From NCBI GenBank assembly GCA_016218765.1, contig JACRCZ010000118.1, forward strand, positions 1,772 through 65,771: DNA of 64,000 bases. The letters run 5' to 3'. Made by a program: the position numbers and the translations under genes. The DNA comes from Deltaproteobacteria bacterium (GTDB lineage Bacteria; Myxococcota_A; Polyangia; DRWM01; JAAZOP01). Shown here piece by piece: positions 34,820 to 42,722 of the stretch (positions are counted from its first letter, which is position 1; each line of letters begins with the position of its first letter). The notes below the pieces were generated by a model. The model saw only the letters and a program-made list of their open reading frames with translations. It was not told where the DNA came from and made no database searches.

Positions 34820-35881
34820 ATGGCCTCCAAGCTTCTCGCGCGTCTCCGCGCCTCTCGGCGGCGCCTGCGGTTCACGCGCGAGGGGCGCTGGTACTTCGGC
34901 ATCACGATTGGCATCGGGCTGGCGGCGATCAACACGCAGAACAACCTTCTCTACCTTCTCCTGTCGCTGCTCGTCTCGCTGATCATCCTGTCCGGCATTT
35001 TATCCGAGGCCGTGCTTCGCAGGCTCGACATCACGCGCACGCCTCCGCTTTCGATCGTGGCCGGCCGTCGCACCCCGATTGAGATCCGGGTTCGCAACCC
35101 CAAGGGTTATCCCTCGTACGCGGTCGAGGTCGAGGATCTGATCGACGGGCACGTCACGATGCGTCGTTGTTTCTACCTCAAGGTCTCGGCCGGCCGGGAG
35201 CAGGCCACGACGTACCCATTCGTGTTCCCCCGGCGGGGTCGTTTTCGTTTCCGCGGGTTCGAGCTGCGCACGAAGTTTCCCTTCGGGCTGTTCGTGAAGT
35301 CGCGCGTGATCGAGGCTTCGGCCGAGGTTCTGGCGTATCCCGAGCCGATCGCGGACGGCGCGCGGCCGGAGGCCGAGCGGGGTGCGGACGACGCGGCGCG
35401 GGTGGAGCGTCGCGGCACGGGTGCGGAGCTGCTTGATCCTCGGCGTTTCGTCGACGGCGACGACCCGCGACTCATCCGGTGGCGTCTTTCGGCCAAGACC
35501 GGTGCGCTTCTGGTGGCCGACCGTGCCGCGGACGAGTCTCGCCGGGTCGAGATCCGCATCGACAATCGCATTCCCGCGACGTTCGTCACGCCGGAGGACC
35601 TGGCCCGCGAGGAGGCGCGCGTGGAGCGGGAGATCTCGCGTGCCGCGTGGCTCGTCCTTGACGCGGCGCGGTCCCGTGCCGCGACGATTCGGATCGTCAC
35701 GGCGGACGGCGGCATGGGTCCGTCCCCGGCCTCGCGTTCGCGTTCGCTTCTGGCGTTCCTCGCGCTCCTCCCGGTGCTGCGCGAGCCCCCCGAGCAGGCG
35801 ATGGCCGCCCGCGGCGGCCGTCTTCCCACGCGACCGCCGACCGCCGACCGCCGACCGCCGACGGCGGAGCCTGTGCCGTGA
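34820..35881 (+). CDS. DUF58-family protein (MoxR partner)
   Basis: N-terminal double TM segment (YFGITIGIGLAAINTQNNLLYLLLSLLVSLIILSGIL). Position after moxR. The 3' end contains a CGACCGC heptamer run. Confidence 0.8.
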   Translation: MASKLLARLRASRRRLRFTREGRWYFGITIGIGLAAINTQNNLLYLLLSLLVSLIILSGILSEAVLRRLDITRTPPLSIVAGRRTPIEIRVRNPKGYPSYAVEVEDLIDGHVTMRRCFYLKVSAGREQATTYPFVFPRRGRFRFRGFELRTKFPFGLFVKSRVIEASAEVLAYPEPIADGARPEAERGADDAARVERRGTGAELLDPRRFVDGDDPRLIRWRLSAKTGALLVADRAADESRRVEIRIDNRIPATFVTPEDLAREEARVEREISRAAWLVLDAARSRAATIRIVTADGGMGPSPASRSRSLLAFLALLPVLREPPEQAMAARGGRLPTRPPTADRRPPTAEPVP

Positions 35882-38037
35882 GGTTCCGACGCATCCAGGA
35901 GGTCGTGCTTCTCGGCTTTGCCGCCATCGGCCTTGCGGTGCTTGCGCTTGCCGGCGCCGGCGGTCCGTTCGTGTCTCTCGCGGTCCCGGTCGCTTTCGTG
36001 ACGGCGCTTGCCATTCCCCGGGCCTGGATGGAGTCGCGTCGCTGGCAGCGTGCGTGGACGGTGGTTGCGGTCTGCGTCGTGGGGGCCTCGCTGGCCTCCG
36101 CCGCGGGTGGCGCCCCCCTCATCCCGGTCACGGCCCGTCTCGCGCTGTACCTCCAGATCCACAAGCTTTTCAACCGCGCCACGTCGCGCGACCAGGAGCA
36201 GATTGCGTTTCTCGCGCTCGGCCACGTCGCGCTGGCGACCATCCTGTTCAGCGGACTCCGGTACGCGGTCCTCCTGCTGTTCTTCGTGGCGCTGGCCCCT
36301 CTTCTTCTGACGCTGCTGCACCTGCGGCGCGAGATCGAGCAGAAGTACGCCGGCACGCCGGAAGGCGGGCGTGACGACCAGACGCTTGCGCGGGTGCTGC
36401 GGACGCGGCGGGTGGCGACTCCGGGCTTCCTTGCGGTGCTCCTTGCCAGCTCTCTCCCGCTTCTTGCGCTGACGGCTCTTTTCTTCGTGGCGCTGCCCCG
36501 CCTTGGTTTCGGCCTTCTGGCCGGGCGTGCGGGCGGCAGTTTCCTCGTCGGCTTCTCCAGCCGCATGGAGCTTGGGGATCTGGTCCCGCTGGCCGACGAT
36601 CGGACGCCGGTGATGCGTGTCGAGTTTCCGGACGGGGTTCCTTCGTCGGCGCGGCTTGCCACGCTTCTTTTCCGCGGCACGACGTTCGACACGTACGACG
36701 GCCACGCCTGGACGCGCACGACGGGCGCCGCCGGTCCGCCCGCCGTTGCGGTCCCTCCGGACTACGGCCTGGTGGTTCCGGGTCCGCGGCCGGCGGACCA
36801 GTTCACGGTCCGGGTCCTCCAGGAGCCGTTCGATCCTCGGCTGTTGTTCCTCCCCGCGGGCACGCGTGCCTTCCGATTTCGCGGTCCCAAGCCCCGCCGT
36901 CCCCGCGTGGTGGTTTCGCCTCTTTCGTGGGAGGCGGACGGCACGGTCTCGTATCGCGAGGCCGGGGAGGAGGGCGTGTTTTTCGAGGCCCTGGTCGGGC
37001 GCTGGTCCGACGGGCCGCGCACGCCCGAGGCGGGTCGGCGCCGGCCCGCGGTGTTGGAGGATCCGTACCTCGAGCTGCCTCCCGAGCCGCAGCGGCTCCA
37101 GGAGCTGGCCCGGCGATTGACCGCGGGCCTGGACGATCCGCGTGCGCGTGCCGACGTCATCCTTGAATGGCTCCGTTCGAACTTCCGCTACACGCGTTCC
37201 ACGCACGCCGACGCCGGGCCGCGTCCGCTCGAGGATTTCCTGTTCCGCTGGAAGGAGGGGTACTGCGAGTATTTCTCCTCGGCGATGACCATCCTGGCGC
37301 GTGCCGCGGGCCTGCGTGCCCGCAACGTCTCCGGTTTTCTCGGCGGGCACTGGAACGACGTCGGCGACTACCTTGTGGTGCGGCAGTCCGACGCGCATTC
37401 GTGGGCCGAGGTGGAGATTCCCGGCCAGGGCTGGGTCGTCTACGACGCCACGCCGCCGGGAGAGGCGGCGCGGGTGACCAGCACGGGCGGCATCTTCGGC
37501 TGGCTTTCGGACGTGCTGGATGCGATGCGGACCGCCTGGCAGCGCCACGTCATCGCCTTCGACGTCCCGCGGCAGCTCGGCATCCTCCGTGCGATCGGGG
37601 AGGGGCTGCGCTGGATCAAGAACGGCGCCGTCGCCTTCGCCCGCGACCGCAGGAACGCCCTCATCGCCGTCGCCTCGCTCGCCGTCGCGGTGACCGTCCT
37701 TCTTCTTTTCCGCCGTCACTGGCGCCGTCGCGCCCGCGCTCTTGCGCCGCGAACGGGCCTCCTGCGCGCCTCCATCGACGTCCGCTCGCTGGCCGAGGCG
37801 CGTCGCCTGCTGGGCGACCTGGAGCGGGTACTGCGGGGGGAGGGCATCGAGCGTGCGTCGCACGAGCCGGCAGAGCGACTTGCCGAGCGAGCGGTGCGGC
37901 ACGGTCCGGCGCTTGCGGACGCCACCCGGGTGGCGGTCCACCGCTATGCGGCGGCGCGTTTCGGTGGCCAGCCGCTGCGTCCCCCCGATCGTCGCGCGCT
38001 GGTCCACGGCGTCAACCGCGCCCTCCGCCGATCGTAG
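35878..38037 (+). CDS. Transglutaminase-like membrane protein (TgpA/DUF3488-type)
   Basis: GTGA start overlap. N-terminal polytopic region. Catalytic core GYCEYFSS..DAHSWAEV..VVYDAT. Confidence 0.85.
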   Translation: MRFRRIQEVVLLGFAAIGLAVLALAGAGGPFVSLAVPVAFVTALAIPRAWMESRRWQRAWTVVAVCVVGASLASAAGGAPLIPVTARLALYLQIHKLFNRATSRDQEQIAFLALGHVALATILFSGLRYAVLLLFFVALAPLLLTLLHLRREIEQKYAGTPEGGRDDQTLARVLRTRRVATPGFLAVLLASSLPLLALTALFFVALPRLGFGLLAGRAGGSFLVGFSSRMELGDLVPLADDRTPVMRVEFPDGVPSSARLATLLFRGTTFDTYDGHAWTRTTGAAGPPAVAVPPDYGLVVPGPRPADQFTVRVLQEPFDPRLLFLPAGTRAFRFRGPKPRRPRVVVSPLSWEADGTVSYREAGEEGVFFEALVGRWSDGPRTPEAGRRRPAVLEDPYLELPPEPQRLQELARRLTAGLDDPRARADVILEWLRSNFRYTRSTHADAGPRPLEDFLFRWKEGYCEYFSSAMTILARAAGLRARNVSGFLGGHWNDVGDYLVVRQSDAHSWAEVEIPGQGWVVYDATPPGEAARVTSTGGIFGWLSDVLDAMRTAWQRHVIAFDVPRQLGILRAIGEGLRWIKNGAVAFARDRRNALIAVASLAVAVTVLLLFRRHWRRRARALAPRTGLLRASIDVRSLAEARRLLGDLERVLRGEGIERASHEPAERLAERAVRHGPALADATRVAVHRYAAARFGGQPLRPPDRRALVHGVNRALRRS

Positions 38038-38109
38038 GCGAGGCTGCCGTTTCGGACCGGCAAGTCACGGAGCACGGAGTCGTCCGGGCTGCTCGTCGGA
38101 CGCGAATGC

Positions 38110-38186
38110 GGAGGGGGAGAGGTGGGGAGGTCCCTTCGACTGCGCTCGGGGCAGGCCGGCTGGAGAGGTGGCGAGGTGCGGTGGTT
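38110..38186. repeat. Family B repeat carrying a nested 25-nt insertion (38132..38156)
   Basis: GGAGGT[CCCTTCGACTGCGCTCGGGGCAGGC]CGGCTGGAGAGGTGGCGAGGTGCGGTGG, compared with the uninterrupted copies. Confidence 0.75.
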
Positions 38187-38203
38187 CAGGTGCCGTTCCC
38201 CCC

Positions 38204-38220
38204 TGGCCCGGAACCTGCTT
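38204..38220 (+). promoter_or_regulatory. Candidate sigma-54 -24/-12 element (TGGCCCGGAACCTGCTT)
   Basis: GG and GC lie exactly 12 nt apart as in TGGCAC-N5-TTGC. About 145 nt upstream of the cupredoxin-like gene. A sigma-54 activator is encoded 3 kb away. Confidence 0.25.
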
Positions 38221-38366
38221 TACCAACTTCGTCGCAGGTTCCGCTCCGCGCGATTTCGCGGGACCGGCGATGAGGGCGTTCGAAACTCGCGGGACGTCGG
38301 CGCGCGGCCGGCGTCCCGCGAACAAACAACCGGATCCGGCTTGTCCGGAACCACTGGAGGTGTCCG

Positions 38367-38822
38367 ATGCGGAAGTCTGCACGAAGCTCGACCTTGGCGA
38401 CGGTGGCCGCCATACCACTGCTCGCGTTCGCCGGGTGCGCCGACGATTCGTCGGTGAGCACCGTCTCCATGGGCCTGGACGAATTCTCGATCTCACTTGA
38501 TCGGAGCAGTGTTCCTGCCGGGATGGTGCGCTTTGTCGGCGAGAACACGGGCGAGGATCTCCACGAGTTCGTCATCCTGCGCACCGATCTGGCGTTGAGC
38601 GCGTTGCCGCTCGACGCGAGCGGTGATGTCGACGAGCACGGCGCCGGCCTCGAGATCATCGGGGAAGTCGAGGACATCGAGCCCGGGATGACGGGCGAAG
38701 TGACTCTCGACCTGGCCGCGGGCCGCTACGTCGTCATTTGCAACATCACGGAGACCGAGCCGGACGGCACGGTCGAGCACCACTTCGGCCTCGGCATGGC
38801 CACCACGTTGATCGCGAAGTAG
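38367..38822 (+). CDS. Cupredoxin-like lipoprotein
   Basis: RBS GGAGG. Lipobox LAFAGC. Candidate type-1 Cu ligand pattern: H (HEFVIL) ... C-x12-HH-x4-M (VICNITETEPDGTVEHHFGLGM). Confidence 0.6.
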   Translation: MRKSARSSTLATVAAIPLLAFAGCADDSSVSTVSMGLDEFSISLDRSSVPAGMVRFVGENTGEDLHEFVILRTDLALSALPLDASGDVDEHGAGLEIIGEVEDIEPGMTGEVTLDLAAGRYVVICNITETEPDGTVEHHFGLGMATTLIAK

Positions 38823-38889
38823 TCCCTCCGGGTCTTCGAAGACGCCAACGTTGGCGAATCTTGCGGTCGAAGTTTGAGCCCCTCGGGCG

Positions 38890-39576
38890 CTACTGGAAGT
38901 TCTGGATGGCCCAGACGCTCCCGCCCGGGGTCGTGTAGAAGCCGCACGACACGCGGGAGTAGCTGGTGGAGCTCATGTTGATGTAGTGCCCGTGGGCGCT
39001 GAACGGCTCGCCCGGTCCCTCGGCCCACATCATCGCCAGGCATCCCGTGACGGTGTCCTCCAGGGAGCCCCAGCCGGGGCACTCGTTCTGCGCCCACTCT
39101 CCGCACGAGCCGAACGCGCCGTGTGCCGTCCCGGTCTCGCTGTCGCTTCGGGCCTCTCCGTCGGTGCAGGTTTCCGCCTCGCGCCAGCGCGCGTACGGCG
39201 CCTTTCCCTCGGTTGCCCGGTAGCGGTTGATCGCGTCCACGCACTGTTGCCGGAACGGCTCCAGGGGATCTCCCGAGTCCGCGTCGGCATCGGCATCGGC
39301 ATCGGCGTCCGCATCGGCGTCCGCATCGGCGTCCGCATCGGCATCGGCATCTCCTGCCCCGCCTTCATCGGGGGACCCGTCGCCGTCGGCGCCGCCGTCC
39401 CAGTCGCCGGTGCAGGAGCACGACCCGTTTTCCAGGCACGCGCCGCCCGCGAGTCCTTGCGAGCGGCAGAAGCTGTCGCACCCTTCCATGGTGCAGGGCA
39501 CGGTCCCGCCGTCGTCGCAGCCCGGCGTTCCGCAGGCGACGAGCACGATCCACGCCGCTGCTTTGCGCATCGTCAT
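38890..39576 (-). CDS. Lipoprotein: defensin-like 6-Cys knot plus (DA)n linker plus CAP/SCP domain
   Basis: Lipobox VLVAC. Knot spacing C-x4-C-x3-C-x9-C-x5-C-x-C. The CAP domain is paralogous to 27804..28934 (INRYRA..ETGTAHG.FG.C..GH(F/Y).NMSST). Confidence 0.75.
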   Translation of the reverse strand: MTMRKAAAWIVLVACGTPGCDDGGTVPCTMEGCDSFCRSQGLAGGACLENGSCSCTGDWDGGADGDGSPDEGGAGDADADADADADADADADADADADADSGDPLEPFRQQCVDAINRYRATEGKAPYARWREAETCTDGEARSDSETGTAHGAFGSCGEWAQNECPGWGSLEDTVTGCLAMMWAEGPGEPFSAHGHYINMSSTSYSRVSCGFYTTPGGSVWAIQNFQ

Positions 39577-39603
39577 CCCTCCCGAGGTTCGAAGCCCACG
39601 CGT

Positions 39604-39837
39604 CTACCGACCCTCCCGGCACGCCTCCGGGTTCTCGGCCGAGTCGCAGTCGTCCACGGTTCCGTCCAGGTCGCCCTGGTTCATGGCCGAGTCCACGTAC
39701 CGCGAGTCCAGCCCCGGTCCGCATCCTCCCAGGGACGTCGCGGTCATCGAGGCCGCCACGAGTGCTCCTCGCCACGCGTTGCGCACCAGGCTCGGGTACT
39801 TCGCCTGCACGGCCATTCGCAACGGCTTGAGTTTCAT
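39604..39837 (-). CDS. Small lipoprotein with a Ca-binding-like DxDGxxDDCD motif
   Basis: ATG at 39837 after GGAGAGGAG. Lipobox SLGGC. 77 aa. Confidence 0.5.
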   Translation of the reverse strand: MKLKPLRMAVQAKYPSLVRNAWRGALVAASMTATSLGGCGPGLDSRYVDSAMNQGDLDGTVDDCDSAENPEACREGR

Positions 39838-39892
39838 CCGTCCCGCTCCTCTCCCCCCGCCTCCGTCTCGCCCGTCCAGTATACTCCACTTT

Positions 39893-41500
39893 GTGCCCGC
39901 CGCCTTCCTCACGGCTGCTCTCCTGGTTCTTGCCGCTCCCGGCGTGCTGTCGTCCCGTCTCGCCGCCCTTTTCGCCTGGGTCGCCTTCTTCCCGCTTCTC
40001 GTCCACCTCCCGAAGGTCACTCTGGTTCGCGCCGCGTTTCTCGGCTGGCTCGCCGGGGTCGTCACCACGTTGGGTGCCTGTGCCTGGTTTCCGGGTCTCC
40101 TCGCGCGTTTTTCCGGCCTTCATCCTCTGGTCTGCGTGCTGGTCGTCTTCGCCATTGCCGCGTGGCAGGCTGCCGGGTGGGCCGCGTGGGCCGTGCTGGT
40201 CCGGGTCGCGTCCGGCGCGGCGGGGTCCTCCGACGGTTCTCACCCGGGGATTCGTCGTCTGCGCGCCGCCCTGACGTTCGTGCTACCCGCCGCCGCTTTC
40301 GTCGTGTTCGAGCGCTGGCTCCCGGTGATTTTCCCTTCCTCGGTCGGCATCACGCAGTACCGCTTCCCGGTGCTCGCGCAGTCGGCGGAGCTTGGCGGGC
40401 CGTACGTGCCGGCATTCCTGTGCCTGTTGTTCTCCACGGTCCTGGCGCGCGCGTTTGCCGCGGCGCGTGGGTCGCGTGGTCTGCCCGGCGGCGCGATTTC
40501 CGGCTTCTTCGCCCTCCTGGTCGTTTTGCTCGTCTTCGGCCTGGTCCGGCTTCGCGGGATCGACCGCGAGCGCGGCGCGGCGCCGCGATTCCGCGTTGCC
40601 GCGGTGCAGGCCGGGGTGGTCAAGACCGGCTGGAACACCCCGCCCGACGACCCCCAGCGTCTCGGCCGCTACCAGCGTCTCTCGGCCGAGGCGGAGCGCG
40701 ACGCCCGCGCCGTCGACCTGCTGGTCTGGCCGGAGAAGGCCTATCCGTTCCCGCTCCGCAGCGACGCCCGCCACGACTATCGCCCGGACGACAAGCATCG
40801 CATCCGGCGTGGTTTCCGGTCTCCGCTCCTGTTCGGCGCGACGGCCGTCGATCCCATCTCCCGTCGGCTGTCCAACTCCGGCTTCCTTCTCCTGCCCGAC
40901 GGCGGGTTGCGCGACGTCTACGACAAGGTCCGGCTCATCTTCTACAGCGAGCGGTTTCCGTCCTGGCTTTCCTGGCTTGCCTCGCCGCGCACCGGGTATC
41001 TCCCGGGCTCGAAGTTCGATCCTGCTCCGGCCGCCGCGCCTCTCGCCGTCTTCATCTGTTTCGAGGCCACGTTCCCCGACCACGTGCGCGCGCTCGTGGC
41101 TCGTGGTGGCCGACTCCTGGTCAATCTCTCGGACGACTCGTGGTTCGGGGAATCGGCCGAGCCCGAGCAGCACCTGGCCCACGCGGTTTTCCGGGCGATC
41201 GAGTCCCGGCGCGACCTGGTGCGCGCGACGGGTTCGGGCGTCAGCGCGCACGTCTCCGCGGCGGGCGAGATTCTCGGGCGCACGCGCCTCAATCGCTATG
41301 CCTCGGAGGCCGACGTGGTCCTCGTGGCGGATGCCCGGCTCCTCGATCGCCGGAGCTTCTACGCCGCGTTGGGAGACGCATTCTGTTGGTTGTGCGTCGC
41401 GTTCGTGGTGACAGGCCTCGTCGTCACCCGTTGCCGCCTGCCGATCCTGCGGTCGTCCCGGCCCGATCGGGAAAGAGAAACCACAGATGGACACAGATAA
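39893..41500 (+). CDS. lnt: Apolipoprotein N-acyltransferase
   Basis: Polytopic N-terminus. CN-hydrolase triad context VWPE / YDKVRL / FICFE. GTG 39893 is a provisional start. The last residues (..ETTDGHR) and the TAA stop lie in a family C repeat. Confidence 0.85.
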   Translation: MPAAFLTAALLVLAAPGVLSSRLAALFAWVAFFPLLVHLPKVTLVRAAFLGWLAGVVTTLGACAWFPGLLARFSGLHPLVCVLVVFAIAAWQAAGWAAWAVLVRVASGAAGSSDGSHPGIRRLRAALTFVLPAAAFVVFERWLPVIFPSSVGITQYRFPVLAQSAELGGPYVPAFLCLLFSTVLARAFAAARGSRGLPGGAISGFFALLVVLLVFGLVRLRGIDRERGAAPRFRVAAVQAGVVKTGWNTPPDDPQRLGRYQRLSAEAERDARAVDLLVWPEKAYPFPLRSDARHDYRPDDKHRIRRGFRSPLLFGATAVDPISRRLSNSGFLLLPDGGLRDVYDKVRLIFYSERFPSWLSWLASPRTGYLPGSKFDPAPAAAPLAVFICFEATFPDHVRALVARGGRLLVNLSDDSWFGESAEPEQHLAHAVFRAIESRRDLVRATGSGVSAHVSAAGEILGRTRLNRYASEADVVLVADARLLDRRSFYAALGDAFCWLCVAFVVTGLVVTRCRLPILRSSRPDRERETTDGHR

Positions 41501-41510
41501 GCACAGATGG
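41476..41510 (+). repeat. Family C repeat, single unit
   Basis: GAAACCACAGATGGACACAGATAAGCACAGATGG. Confidence 0.85.
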
Positions 41511-41555
41511 CTCCGGCCTTCGCCTGACCCGCGCTCCTGAATCGGCGTCGCGCGT

Positions 41556-42722
41556 TCAGCGGCCTGCCAGGCCCATTTTCGCGATTTTCCGGATGAGGTT
41601 CCGGCGGCTCACGCCGAGCAGGGCGGCGGCGTGGGTCCGGTTGCCCTTCGTCCGGCGCAGCGCCTCTTGGATCTGGCGCCGTTCCAGCGCCTCGACGTTC
41701 GCGTGCAGCCCGGTCCGGCTCGGCGTGCCGGCCTTCCCCGCGGACTCCGACCGCACCGTCCGCGCGATTTCCGGCGACAGGTGCTCGGGCCCGATCTCCC
41801 CCACCTCCCCGGAGAACACCCACAGGCGTTCGACCTCGTGTCGCAGCTCGCGCACGTTGCCGGGCCAGTCGTGCTGTGCCAGCCGTTCCAGGCATTCCCG
41901 GGAGAAGCGCCGCGCCCTCCCGTCCCTTTCCTCCAGTTTCGACCGGAAGTGTTCCACCAGCAGCGGGATGTCCTCCGGCCGCTCGCGGAGCGGCGGCACG
42001 CGCAGGACGAGCACGCTCAGCCGGTGGAGCAGGTCCTCGCGGAACGCCTTGGTTCGGGCCAGCTCCTCCAGGTCGCGGTTGGTCGCCGCCACGACCCGGA
42101 CGTCGACCCGCCGCGGCTCGACGGCCCCCACGGGCACGAGCTGACCTTCTTCCAGCACGCGGAGCAGCTTGGCCTGGAGCGCGGCGCTCATCTCGCCCAC
42201 TTCGTCGAGGAACAGCGTCCCGCCGCTCGCGGCCTCGAACAGTCCGACCCGGTCCGTCACGGCTCCCGTGAACGCGCCGCGCACGTGACCGAAGAGGGTC
42301 GAATCGAGCAGGGTCTCCGGCATTGCGGAGCAGTTCTGGGAGATGAACGGACCTCCCGCCCGTCGCGAGCGCCGGTGCACGGCCCGAGCCGCCAGCTCCT
42401 TCCCCGTGCCGTTTTCGCCCAGGACGAGCACGGTGGCGTCCGCGTGCGCCACGCGATCGAGCCGCCGGAGCATCTCGCGGATGGCGGTGCTGGCGCCGAT
42501 GATCCCGTCGGCCTCTCCCGCCCCGCTCGGCCGCTCGCCTTCCCGCTCGACCGCTCGGCCGCTCGACGGCGTTGCTTCCCCGCGCTCCTGCCTGAACCGC
42601 CGCAGGATCTCGGCTGCCTGCGCCGCCCCGACCTCCACCCCGCAGACCCGGCGGAGGGCTTCCGCCATGGCCCGCGCCTCGTCCCCGCCGCCGTCGCCTT
42701 CGTGGTATAAGCGCTGTCGCAT
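41556..42722 (-). CDS. Sigma-54-dependent transcriptional activator (AAA+ plus Fis-type HTH, no obvious sensor domain)
   Basis: [14 protein letters not shown] and the ESELFGH-like TLFGH motif, plus a C-terminal [23 protein letters not shown]. The start is 42722 or 42668. Confidence 0.9.
   Translation of the reverse strand: MRQRLYHEGDGGGDEARAMAEALRRVCGVEVGAAQAAEILRRFRQERGEATPSSGRAVEREGERPSGAGEADGIIGASTAIREMLRRLDRVAHADATVLVLGENGTGKELAARAVHRRSRRAGGPFISQNCSAMPETLLDSTLFGHVRGAFTGAVTDRVGLFEAASGGTLFLDEVGEMSAALQAKLLRVLEEGQLVPVGAVEPRRVDVRVVAATNRDLEELARTKAFREDLLHRLSVLVLRVPPLRERPEDIPLLVEHFRSKLEERDGRARRFSRECLERLAQHDWPGNVRELRHEVERLWVFSGEVGEIGPEHLSPEIARTVRSESAGKAGTPSRTGLHANVEALERRQIQEALRRTKGNRTHAAALLGVSRRNLIRKIAKMGLAGR

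Noticed and set aside
39227-39892. Long N-terminal extension of the lnt frame (track ORF 39227..41500).
   Set aside because: The extension overlaps the opposite-strand CAP and small lipoprotein genes. It translates the (DA)n DNA as SASASA.. The membrane domain begins near GTG 39893.
35173-42144. Long antisense or off-frame ORFs 35173..38007 (944 aa) and 38986..42144 (1052 aa).
   Set aside because: Same reasoning: no domain signatures. They run opposite to, or across, the well-supported DUF58, transglutaminase, CAP, lnt and activator genes.
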